Below are positions 18,236-25,488 of a DNA stretch of 63,322 nucleotides, in pieces. Numbering within the stretch: the stretch's first letter is position 1; each line of letters starts with the position of its first letter. Position numbers and translations under genes: made by a program. Source of the stretch: Thermoplasmata archaeon. Lineage in GTDB: Archaea > Thermoplasmatota > Thermoplasmata > Lutacidiplasmatales > UBA184. The notes under the pieces were generated by a model, which did no database searches, was not told the origin of the DNA, and saw only the letters and a program-made list of their open reading frames with translations. The stretch is taken from the NCBI GenBank assembly GCA_035499145.1, contig DATJZK010000109.1, positions 1 through 63,322 of the forward strand, in the 5' to 3' direction.

Positions 18236-19300
18236 CTACGCGGGAGCCGCGTGCGCCGAGGACGCCGGCTCAGGCCGGGACGGCGACTCGACGGCCCGGT
18301 TGATCGCGATCTCGGCGAGATCGCTCGCGTAGAACGCGGCGCGCTCGAGGCTCTCGAGGACGTAGGCAAGGCCGACCGCGAGCCGCCCGCGCTTCGAAGC
18401 GAGCTCGCGCAGGACGATCTCCCGCTCGCGGGTCAGCTGCTCGGCCGCGTCGATCACCGTGTTCGCCTTCTCGATGTCGCGGGAGTCGAGGCTGTCGAGC
18501 GCGTCGACCAGCCCGCTCGCGGCGCGCGTCGCCATCCGATCGAGGAGGTCGATCAGTCGGGGCGGGAGCGTCTCCTTCCCCAGGATCGCGACGGTGTCGG
18601 CGATGCGGACGGCGTGGTCGGCGATCCGCTCGAGCACGCGCGAGGCGAGGAGATAGGTGGAGCACTCCGGCAGCGTCAGGTCGAGCGTCGCGAGCATCCG
18701 CGCGTCCCGCAGCGCGCTCGTCACCTGCTTCTCGAGGAACCAGTGCAGCCGGTCGACCTCCCAGTCGCGCTCGACGACGTCCCGGGCGATCGACGCGTCG
18801 CCCTCCCGAAGGGCGGTCATCGCGTCCGACTGCATCGCGCGGACCATCTGGTGCATCCGGCGGACGATCGACGGGATCGGGAGCGGGTTCGCGCCGACGA
18901 CATCCTGCAGGATCACCGACTCGGCCGTCTCTTCGAGGATCTCGGGCCCGATCATCCGCTGGGCGAAGTTGCGCACGACCTCCCGGGTGCGGGCGTGCAT
19001 CCGACCCGGCGTCCGGATCTCGAGCAGCGGGTAGCCGGCGATGTACTCCGCGATCAGGCGGCGGAACAGGTGCTCCCGCTCCATGTCGTTCGCGACCTCG
19101 ACCACCCGGCGCTCGCCCTCGGGTGTGTCCAGCGACTCGGGGAAGACGGTGAGGGAGCCGTCCGCGCGGGGCGTGAAGTACAGGAGGTCGCCGGGGCCGA
19201 GCCCGCGCGTCACCACCCAGTTCTTCGGGAGCGAGATGATGAACGTCGACCCGCCGGTCTTCTGGATCCGGCGTGCGTGGAACCCGCCGCTAGCCCGCAT
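18236..19300 (-). CDS. AbrB/SpoVT-domain + tandem PhoU-domain regulator (archaeal PhoU-like)
   Basis: C-terminal 354 codons of the 706-aa track ORF; ATG at 19300..19298. N-terminal swapped-hairpin motif RRIQKTGGSTFIISLPKNWV. Two PhoU repeats (ERDWEVDRLHW..., LERIADHAVRIAD; ESLERAAFYASDLAE). Confidence 0.8.
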   Translation of the reverse strand: MRASGGFHARRIQKTGGSTFIISLPKNWVVTRGLGPGDLLYFTPRADGSLTVFPESLDTPEGERRVVEVANDMEREHLFRRLIAEYIAGYPLLEIRTPGRMHARTREVVRNFAQRMIGPEILEETAESVILQDVVGANPLPIPSIVRRMHQMVRAMQSDAMTALREGDASIARDVVERDWEVDRLHWFLEKQVTSALRDARMLATLDLTLPECSTYLLASRVLERIADHAVRIADTVAILGKETLPPRLIDLLDRMATRAASGLVDALDSLDSRDIEKANTVIDAAEQLTREREIVLRELASKRGRLAVGLAYVLESLERAAFYASDLAEIAINRAVESPSRPEPASSAHAAPA

Positions 19301-19330
19301 CGGACGCCGCGGCTCGGACCGACTGTTCTC

Positions 19331-19336
19331 TATATA
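19331..19336 (-). promoter_or_regulatory. TATA-like box (tatata) for the PhoU-like gene
   Basis: AT hexamer 31-36 nt upstream (minus strand) of the start codon at 19300. Confidence 0.35.
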
Positions 19337-19396
19337 GCCTCGGTAGCGGGCGGCCCCGGCCCGCGCGTCGACCGGAGCTCCCCGACGGGCCGAGCG

Positions 19397-19402
19397 TAAA
19401 TA
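19397..19402 (+). promoter_or_regulatory. TATA box (TAAATA, context gcgtaaatacgcgcgg)
   Basis: 32 nt upstream of ATG 19434. Confidence 0.45.
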
Positions 19403-19433
19403 CGCGCGGCGAAGGTCGGGAGCGCTTCCGACC

Positions 19434-21092
19434 ATGGCTCCCCGCCCGGCACGCAGGTTCTGGGCCGGCCGACGATCGCGGCCGGCCGCGGACGGCGAGA
19501 CGATCCTCGATGCGCTCGCGCGGGAACGGCTCCCGAACCTGGTCCGCTCGGTCCGGTACCATCGTCCGCGCGCACCGTTCTGCGGCACCGGCGACTGCAC
19601 CGGCTGCCTGGTGCGGCTCAACGGGCGTCCGAACGTGCGGGCGTGCCGACGCGTCGTCGAGGACGGGGATCGGATCGGCGACGGCAACGCCTGGCCGTCC
19701 CCGTCGTTCGACCTGCTCGGGGTCCTCGACTTCCTGTTCCCGGACGGGGTCGACACGCTCCGCGGGTTCCGTCGACCGGCGTGGGCCCGCGGGCTGTACC
19801 ACGCCGTGAACCGACGGCTCGCCGGATACAGCGCTCCGCCCGATCCGGAGCCGACCGGGACGGCCAGGGCAGGGGCCGAGCGACTCGAGACGGACGTGGC
19901 GATCGTCGGCGCCGGCACGGCCGGCCGGGCGGCCGCGGTGGCGGCGCGAGCGCTCGGGCGACGGGTCGTGCTGATCGACCGGCGGACGGAGGTCACCGCG
20001 GAGCCCGGCGTCGAGCTCCGGGCGGGAACGACGGCGACGTTCCTCTCGCCCCCCGCCGGCACCGACGGCTGGACGCTGCTCGCGTTCCGCGAGCCCGCGC
20101 AGGGCGTTTCGGTCCGGGCCCGGTCGGTCGTCGTGGCGACCGGGTCGTACGACGGCCCGCTGCTGTTCGGGGGGAACGACCGGCCCGGGGTCGTCGCCGC
20201 CGAGCTGGCACTCCGGTGGGCCCGCGCCGGCCGGACGTCTCCGCTGCGCGGGGTCCTCGTCATCGGAGGGGGTCCGCGGGCCAGCGCGGTCGTGGACCGG
20301 CTCGGCTCGTCCGTCGTGGCCGTGACGGCGCCGGCCGACATCGGCCCCGAGGTCACTCGGGCCGCCTCCGAGCGGAAGATCCCGCTCTACCCTCGCTCCC
20401 TGGTCGTCCGGGCCCGGGGTCACGGTCGCGTCCGCGCGGTCGACCTGCGCGGCCGGTCGGGGGGTCCCCGGTTCTCCGTGACGTGCGACGGGGTCGTGCT
20501 CGCCCATCGACGGCTGCCGGTCGCCCAGCTCGCGTTCCAGGCCGGAGCCGAACGCGCCTGGGACCCGTCGCTCGAGGCGTACGTCCCGCGGACCGGGGCC
20601 GGCGGTGCGACGACCGTCGCCGGGCTCTACGTCGCCGGTTCGGCGGCGGGCGCGGTCCCGGGCGGCTCGGCGGATAGCGGGACGCGGACCGGGGCGGCGG
20701 CCGCCGCGTCCGCGGCGCCGGCGGAGCCCGCGGTCGCCCGCGGGGCGCCGACGCCCGGCCCGCTCGCCGGCTACTACCGCGAGCTCCTCCGCGAGCGACG
20801 CGCCGGCAAGTGGGTCGCCTGTCCGTGCGAGGACGTCCTCCTGTCGGAGGTCGAACGGGCGTCGGCGCGCGGCTACGCCGGCATCGAGGTCGTGAAGCGC
20901 TACACGGGGCTCGGCACCGGCCTCTGCCAGGGCCGGTACTGTCTCCCCGACGCCCTCCTCCTCCTGTCGATCCTCGAGGGGCGATCGCCGTCCGAGGTCG
21001 GGTTCATCACCCAGCGGCCCCCCGCCGTGCCCACCCCGCTCGGGGCGCTCGCCGACCTCGACGGCACCGGCTCGTCCGGGCTGGTCCCATGA
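19434..21092 (+). CDS. [2Fe-2S] + FAD/NAD(P) oxidoreductase + BFD-like [2Fe-2S] subunit (second SoxA/HcnAB-like alpha paralog)
   Basis: 552 aa. Motifs: FCGTGDCTGCLVRLNGRPNVRAC, VAIVGAGTAGRAAA. C-terminal ACPCEDV...GLGTGLCQGRYC is BFD-like. Lacks the ferredoxin insert of the 12447-14540 paralog. Confidence 0.75.
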   Translation: MAPRPARRFWAGRRSRPAADGETILDALARERLPNLVRSVRYHRPRAPFCGTGDCTGCLVRLNGRPNVRACRRVVEDGDRIGDGNAWPSPSFDLLGVLDFLFPDGVDTLRGFRRPAWARGLYHAVNRRLAGYSAPPDPEPTGTARAGAERLETDVAIVGAGTAGRAAAVAARALGRRVVLIDRRTEVTAEPGVELRAGTTATFLSPPAGTDGWTLLAFREPAQGVSVRARSVVVATGSYDGPLLFGGNDRPGVVAAELALRWARAGRTSPLRGVLVIGGGPRASAVVDRLGSSVVAVTAPADIGPEVTRAASERKIPLYPRSLVVRARGHGRVRAVDLRGRSGGPRFSVTCDGVVLAHRRLPVAQLAFQAGAERAWDPSLEAYVPRTGAGGATTVAGLYVAGSAAGAVPGGSADSGTRTGAAAAASAAPAEPAVARGAPTPGPLAGYYRELLRERRAGKWVACPCEDVLLSEVERASARGYAGIEVVKRYTGLGTGLCQGRYCLPDALLLLSILEGRSPSEVGFITQRPPAVPTPLGALADLDGTGSSGLVP

Positions 21093-22252
21093 CGATCCCG
21101 CGGGACCGGTACCGGACGGTGATCGTGGGGGCCGGGATCGTCGGGCTGTTCACCGCTTACCGCCTCGCGCGGGCGGGGGCGGGACCGACGCTCGTCGTCG
21201 ACCGAGGGTTCCTGTCGTCGGGCGGGTCGGGGCGGAACGGGGGCGGGATCCGTCAGCAGTGGGAGACCCGCTCGACGATCCGGCTCGCCCGGGAGAGCGT
21301 GCGGGCGTACCGCGCGTTCGGCCGCGAGTTCGGCTACAACATCTGGTTCCGCCAGGGCGGCTACCTGTTCCTGGCCGAGACCGACGCGGAGCTCGCCCGG
21401 CTGCGCGGCGTCCGCAACCTCCTCGTCGCCGAGGGGTTGCCGTGCCGGCTCGTCGGTCCGGACGGCCTGGCCGCGCTCGTCCCCGGGATCGCCCCGGGCG
21501 CGGCGGTCGGCGGGTCGTACCTCGCCTCCGACGGGACGCTCTACCCGTTCCCCGCGGTCTGGGGGCTGTACGAGGCGGTCCGCTCCCTCGGGGTCGACGT
21601 CGTCCTCGGGGCCGAGGCGCGGGGAGTGAGCATCTCCGACGGGCGGGTCCGCGGCGTCGTCACCCCGACCGGGACGGTCGGCGCCGAGACGGTCGTCAAC
21701 GCGGCCGGCGGGTGGTCGGGCGAGTTCTCGCGGTCGGCGGGGCTCGACGTCCCGAACGTCGCCACGCGGCACGAGATCCTTGCGACCGAGCCGATGAAGC
21801 CGCTGCTCGATCCGATGGTCGTGCGTCCCCGCGACGGCCTGTACTTCAGCCAGACGCTCCGCGGCGAGCTCGTCGGAGGGCTCACCATCCCCCACGTGCC
21901 GGGGACCGCCCGCGGGGTGCCGAGCTCGCCCCGGTTCCTGACGTCGATGGCGAGCGCCCTGGTCGGCCTCCTGCCCCGCCTCCGGTCGCTCTCGGTGCTG
22001 AGGGCCTGGACGGGCTACTACGACGACACGCCCGACGGCTTCCCCGTGATCGGGGAGGATCCCCGACTCCCCGGGTTCGTCCACGCCAACGGGTTCGGCG
22101 GCCACGGCTTCATGCTCGCGCCCGCCGCGAGCCGTCGCGTCGCGGCCGCCGTCCTGCACGAGCCGATCGACCTCGATCCGAGCGAGTCGTCGCCGGCCCG
22201 GTTCCTCGGCCCGGCCGCGGTCGGCCGCGCCGAGCGGTTGCAGCTCGGCTGA
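21089..22252 (+). CDS. FAD-dependent oxidoreductase, sarcosine oxidase beta-like (second DAO-family paralog)
   Basis: ATG at 21089 overlaps the upstream stop (ATGA). 387 aa. Motifs TVIVGAGIVGLFTAYRLARAG and SGRNGGGIR. Confidence 0.8.
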   Translation: MTIPRDRYRTVIVGAGIVGLFTAYRLARAGAGPTLVVDRGFLSSGGSGRNGGGIRQQWETRSTIRLARESVRAYRAFGREFGYNIWFRQGGYLFLAETDAELARLRGVRNLLVAEGLPCRLVGPDGLAALVPGIAPGAAVGGSYLASDGTLYPFPAVWGLYEAVRSLGVDVVLGAEARGVSISDGRVRGVVTPTGTVGAETVVNAAGGWSGEFSRSAGLDVPNVATRHEILATEPMKPLLDPMVVRPRDGLYFSQTLRGELVGGLTIPHVPGTARGVPSSPRFLTSMASALVGLLPRLRSLSVLRAWTGYYDDTPDGFPVIGEDPRLPGFVHANGFGGHGFMLAPAASRRVAAAVLHEPIDLDPSESSPARFLGPAAVGRAERLQLG

Positions 22253-22270
22253 CGCGCCGCCGCCACCGTA

Positions 22271-23620
22271 TTGACCCGGGAACCCGCTCCGCCGCCCGTG
22301 ATCGGCCGGTTCCCCTGGGACCCGTTCCCGTCCGGGGCACCGGACCCGAAGGGCCCGGACCCGCTGCAGGCGCTCGTCTACCGGGCCGGGGTGTCGGGCG
22401 CCGACGCCTACCGATCCGTCCGGATGGCGCTGAAACGGGAGAACGGGGTGCTCCGCGTCGGCAACCGGTTCGTCGCGGACGGGCGGTACCGCGAAGTGGC
22501 GTTCGTCGCCGTCGGCCACGCGGCGAACTCGATGGCGCTCGGCGCCCTCGCCGTGCTGGACGAACGCGTGACCCAGGGGTACCTCGCCGGCCCGGACGAC
22601 GTCTCGCCCGACGTCCCGTTCCGCGGGGTGCGGGTTGCCCCCGGCTGGGGTGCGTCGGAGGACGCCGCGGGGATCGGGCAGGCGATCCGCGAGATCGCCG
22701 AACGGCTGGGGGAGTCGGACCTCCTGCTCCTCCTGCTGTCGCCCGGGGCCGGCCGGGCCGTCCTCTCCCCTCCGCCCGGGATGACGGCGGCCGAGCTCGG
22801 CCGCTTCCTCGAGGACGCGCACGCCCGGGGCGCGAGCGGTCGCGAGGTCGGGCTCCTCGCCCGCGTCCTGGGCGAAGCGCCGGCGGACCGTGCGATGCTC
22901 CCGGCGCAGCTCCGCGCGGACGTCGAGACGCTCGTCGTCGAGCGCGGCGACGGGGCGGCGTTCGTCGGGGGCGGCCCCACGATCCGGATCCGGGCCGGCG
23001 AGCGGAGCGAGGCTCGAGCGGTCCTGGAACGGATCGGCCTGGGAGCGGCCGTTCCCGTCGGCGCGGCCGAGCGGCTCCGGCCGGGCGCCGAATCCCCCGC
23101 GAGCCCACGGTCCGTCCGCCGGCCCGTGGTCGTCGCCGGTCCGCCGGACGCCCTACGGTCGGCGGCGGATACGACGTTCGAGAAAGGCTGGACGGCGCGG
23201 CTCGCGGCGCTCTCGCTCCGGGAATCGCCCGCGGAGGCCGCCGACCGGTTCCTCGACCTCACCGAGACGCTCGTCCGGACGGATATGGGGGTCGTCGGCC
23301 GCGGGTCGAAAGGTCTGGCGGCGCTCGCGATGCTCACGCTCGACCGGCCCGACGGGACCGACGAGGGGCCGGCCCTACTGGAGTTCCTCGACCGGGCCCA
23401 GGCCGGACTTCGTCGGCGGGAGATGAGCGTCGGACTGTTCCGGACCGGAGGGACGATCGGGGACGGGGCCTATCCACCGGGGGCGGTCGTCGGGGCCCCG
23501 TCCGACCCCGGATCCACCGCCGATCGGACGGGGGTGCGGGCGGTCCGGATGCCGAGCGGTATCACGGACGTGGGGCTCCTCGCGGCCGCGGTCGTGCCGC
23601 GGCCGGCGAGCGGCGGCTAG
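22271..23620 (+). CDS. Divergent DUF4147/MOFRL-family protein (glycerate 2-kinase / hydroxypyruvate reductase-like)
   Basis: 449 aa. VAFVAVGHAANSMALGA resembles the GKAa..MA motif, with K replaced by H. The C-terminal DGTDEGP resembles the MOFRL GTDGxDGP motif. TTG start. The assignment is tentative. Confidence 0.4.
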   Translation: MTREPAPPPVIGRFPWDPFPSGAPDPKGPDPLQALVYRAGVSGADAYRSVRMALKRENGVLRVGNRFVADGRYREVAFVAVGHAANSMALGALAVLDERVTQGYLAGPDDVSPDVPFRGVRVAPGWGASEDAAGIGQAIREIAERLGESDLLLLLLSPGAGRAVLSPPPGMTAAELGRFLEDAHARGASGREVGLLARVLGEAPADRAMLPAQLRADVETLVVERGDGAAFVGGGPTIRIRAGERSEARAVLERIGLGAAVPVGAAERLRPGAESPASPRSVRRPVVVAGPPDALRSAADTTFEKGWTARLAALSLRESPAEAADRFLDLTETLVRTDMGVVGRGSKGLAALAMLTLDRPDGTDEGPALLEFLDRAQAGLRRREMSVGLFRTGGTIGDGAYPPGAVVGAPSDPGSTADRTGVRAVRMPSGITDVGLLAAAVVPRPASGG

Positions 23621-24219
23621 CGGAGCCCGCCCGGACCGGCGCCTTCGTTCTCCGCGGTCTCGAAGTGGCGCTTCAGCGCCATGTACTCGGCGAACGAGAT
23701 CTGGCGCCGCGCCCGCACGGCGCCGGCCTGCTTGAGCGATGCGATCTGATAGGTCCGCAGCAGTTCGGCGACCGGACGCGCGGGCGGGAGCGCCCCTTCG
23801 CTGGCGACCGGGGCCGCCGCGATCGGCGCGTCCGCCGCCGCGGGGGGCGGCGCCGGGGCTTTCGCCGGGGGGCGGGCGCCCGAGAGATGTTCGACGAGGC
23901 GGTCGTGCTCCACCGACGTGATCTCGCCGTCCGAGAGGAGAAGGTCGACCAGGTCGCGCTGGCGGGGCCGGTACGTCTCCACCAGCTCCGTCACATCCCG
24001 GTCGGTGCGCGCCGCCGGCAGCGCAGCGAGCGGCGCACCGACGAGTGCCTCCAGTTCCGCCGCCATGCGATCGTACTCGGCCCGGAGCTCTGCGGTCGCC
24101 ACCGTTCCGCCGTCCGCGGCGGCGTCCCATCGCACCGTCAACCGGGCGACTCCACCCGCCGGTCCGGCGGGCCCGAGCGGGCGCTCGACCGACAGTTCGA
24201 ACTCTCGGCGACGCGTCAC
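23617..24219 (-). CDS. Hypothetical protein (200 aa)
   Basis: Protein-like composition outside a central Ala/Pro linker. GTG start with an AT-rich element (gagaaaacgt) about 26 nt upstream. Converges on the MOFRL-like gene with a 4-nt overlap. Confidence 0.5.
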   Translation of the reverse strand: MTRRREFELSVERPLGPAGPAGGVARLTVRWDAAADGGTVATAELRAEYDRMAAELEALVGAPLAALPAARTDRDVTELVETYRPRQRDLVDLLLSDGEITSVEHDRLVEHLSGARPPAKAPAPPPAAADAPIAAAPVASEGALPPARPVAELLRTYQIASLKQAGAVRARRQISFAEYMALKRHFETAENEGAGPGGLR

Positions 24220-24328
24220 GGGGGTCGAGGGGCTCGGCGGGAGAAAACGTACTCCGCGCGTCCCGCCCCGGCCGAACGGTGCGAGACCGAAGCGAGTTAC
24301 GTAGGTTCACTTGGTATAGGGCAGTAAC

Positions 24329-24334
24329 TATAAA
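24329..24334 (+). promoter_or_regulatory. TATA box (TATAAA) for the HxlR-family gene
   Basis: Local AT-rich island (aactataaatcc) 41 nt upstream of ATG 24370. Confidence 0.4.
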
Positions 24335-24369
24335 TCCGCCACCGACTTGGTCTCGGTGAGACGGCGACG

Positions 24370-24852
24370 ATGGAGAGCGAGCGGAGCCGACGGCCCGGTG
24401 CGCCGGGCGAGCACGTCGACGAGGCGTGTGATGAACGGGACGGCGAGCACCTCTGTCCGGTCCTCGCCGCGGTCGGGGTCATCGGCACGGAGTGGCGACT
24501 CGCGATCGTGCACCGCCTGCTCGAAGGGCCGCAGCGGTTCAGCGAGATCCTGAAGTCCAACCCGCGGCTCAACGCGAAGACGCTCAGCGCCACGCTCAAG
24601 TTCCTCGAGAACCAGGGGGTCGTTCAGCGGACGGTCGTCAGCACGCGACCGTTCTCGGTGGTCTACTCCCTCACCGAGATGGGACTCGGCCTCGCCCCCG
24701 CGGCCCGCGAGCTGAGGCAGTGGGGAGAACGGTGGCTGCTTCCCCGCCGGGCCGCGGCCCGCGCGGGAGCCCCGGCCCGTCGCCCGCCGGTGATCCAGGG
24801 CGAGCTGCCTCGGATCGTCGTCGCGGAGCCCGACGGACGCGCGAGGCACTGA
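24370..24852 (+). CDS. HxlR-family winged-helix transcriptional regulator
   Basis: 160 aa. CPVLAAVGVIGTEWRLAIVHRLLEGPQRFSEILKSNPRLNAKTLSATLKFLENQGVVQR is the HxlR signature. Confidence 0.85.
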   Translation: MESERSRRPGAPGEHVDEACDERDGEHLCPVLAAVGVIGTEWRLAIVHRLLEGPQRFSEILKSNPRLNAKTLSATLKFLENQGVVQRTVVSTRPFSVVYSLTEMGLGLAPAARELRQWGERWLLPRRAAARAGAPARRPPVIQGELPRIVVAEPDGRARH

Positions 24853-24941
24853 CGATACGCCTTTCCCCCGGACCGTTCCACCACCCCCCAGTTTCGGCCC
24901 TCAAATACCCCCGCCGCCGTACTCTATCTGCAGCCACCCCA

Positions 24942-25006
24942 GGAAAGGCACCCCTACATCGCCCTCAGGAGGCAGCACCGTGCCTCGGGCGTGCGGGGGC
25001 CTTTCC
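24942..25006. other. Extended imperfect hairpin (about 65 nt)
   Basis: ggaaaggcacccc (24942-24954) pairs with gggggcctttcc (24995-25006). Inner stems are gccc/gggc and gaggca/tgcctc, with a 6-nt apical loop. Confidence 0.6.
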
Positions 25007-25014
25007 GTCCCGGG

Positions 25015-25052
25015 ACCCGGCCCCTCGGTTCATCGTTCACCCGGCCCCTCGG
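25015..25052. repeat. 14-nt direct repeat ACCCGGCCCCTCGG x2 (24-nt period)
   Basis: Exact copies at 25015-25028 and 25039-25052, separated by ttcatcgttc. Confidence 0.8.
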
Positions 25053-25488
25053 ACTCTACCCTTGCGGGCGGATCGGCGGGTCGACCTCGATGACCCGCCG
25101 ACGCTCGTCTCCCCCCGTCCCGCGGACTCCCGAACTTTGGCTCCGGAGCTCCCCCTGGACTTTGGGACACGCGCTCTCTCCCTCGCCGTCCGCACGACCG
25201 TGATCGTGCCGTCGACCGACCTCGAACCGAACGAACGCCGCTAGCGCGCGACCCGCGCGGGAGCGACGGGCGAGCGACAGGGAGCGAACGCTTCGTTCCC
25301 CCGAACCCGTCGGGGTGCGTAGCCGGTCGATACCCCCGCGCCTCGCTCGAACGGAGCGGGCGTTGTCGGGACGGGGTCAGGAAAAGTGTGCGCATGCAGG
25401 CAGCACCGAGAGGACCGTCACCCACCGAACCCGTTCGTCGCCGAACTGTACCCTCGCCCGCGACCTGCCCCTCCCGGAGCCGGTCCCC

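Larger units (their letters stand above)
24870..25350 (-). ncRNA. Candidate large structured ncRNA (motif series reminiscent of RNase P RNA); identity, strand and ends unresolved
   Basis: 636-nt spacer with no protein-like frame. The minus strand is G-rich and contains a 9-bp hairpin (25074-25100), a CCC-GCAA-GGG GNRA hairpin (25059-25068), GGGUGAA (25036-25042), a 65-nt extended hairpin (24942-25006) and AAAGUCC (25157-25163). I could not build a canonical P4 helix. Confidence 0.25.

Noticed and set aside
25015-25052. CRISPR-like repeat.
   Set aside because: There are only two 14-nt copies with a 10-nt spacer. No array and no cas genes are present.
24905-25340. 10-nt direct repeat ATACCCCCGC at 24905 and 25331, considered as a target-site duplication of a MITE-like insertion. 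The same GCGGGGGTAT core also occurs at ~56903.
   Set aside because: No terminal inverted repeats lie inside the repeats. The motif overlaps TATA-like (A/G)ATAC promoter contexts seen elsewhere, so a promoter-associated sequence or chance is more likely.
24870-25350. A firm call of RNase P RNA.
   Set aside because: Several S-domain-like motifs are collinear on the minus strand. I could find neither the GAGGAAAGUCC / ACAGAA..GGCUUA pair nor any complementary partner for AAAGUCCAGG on the same strand. It is therefore kept only as a low-confidence candidate ncRNA.
25365-25420. Second SRP-helix-8-like string (GGUCAGG...AGCACC) on the plus strand just upstream of the HerA-like gene.
   Set aside because: The intervening 20 nt cannot form the short stem plus tetraloop. 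A complete SRP RNA with an Alu domain and terminal pairing exists at 34373-34688.
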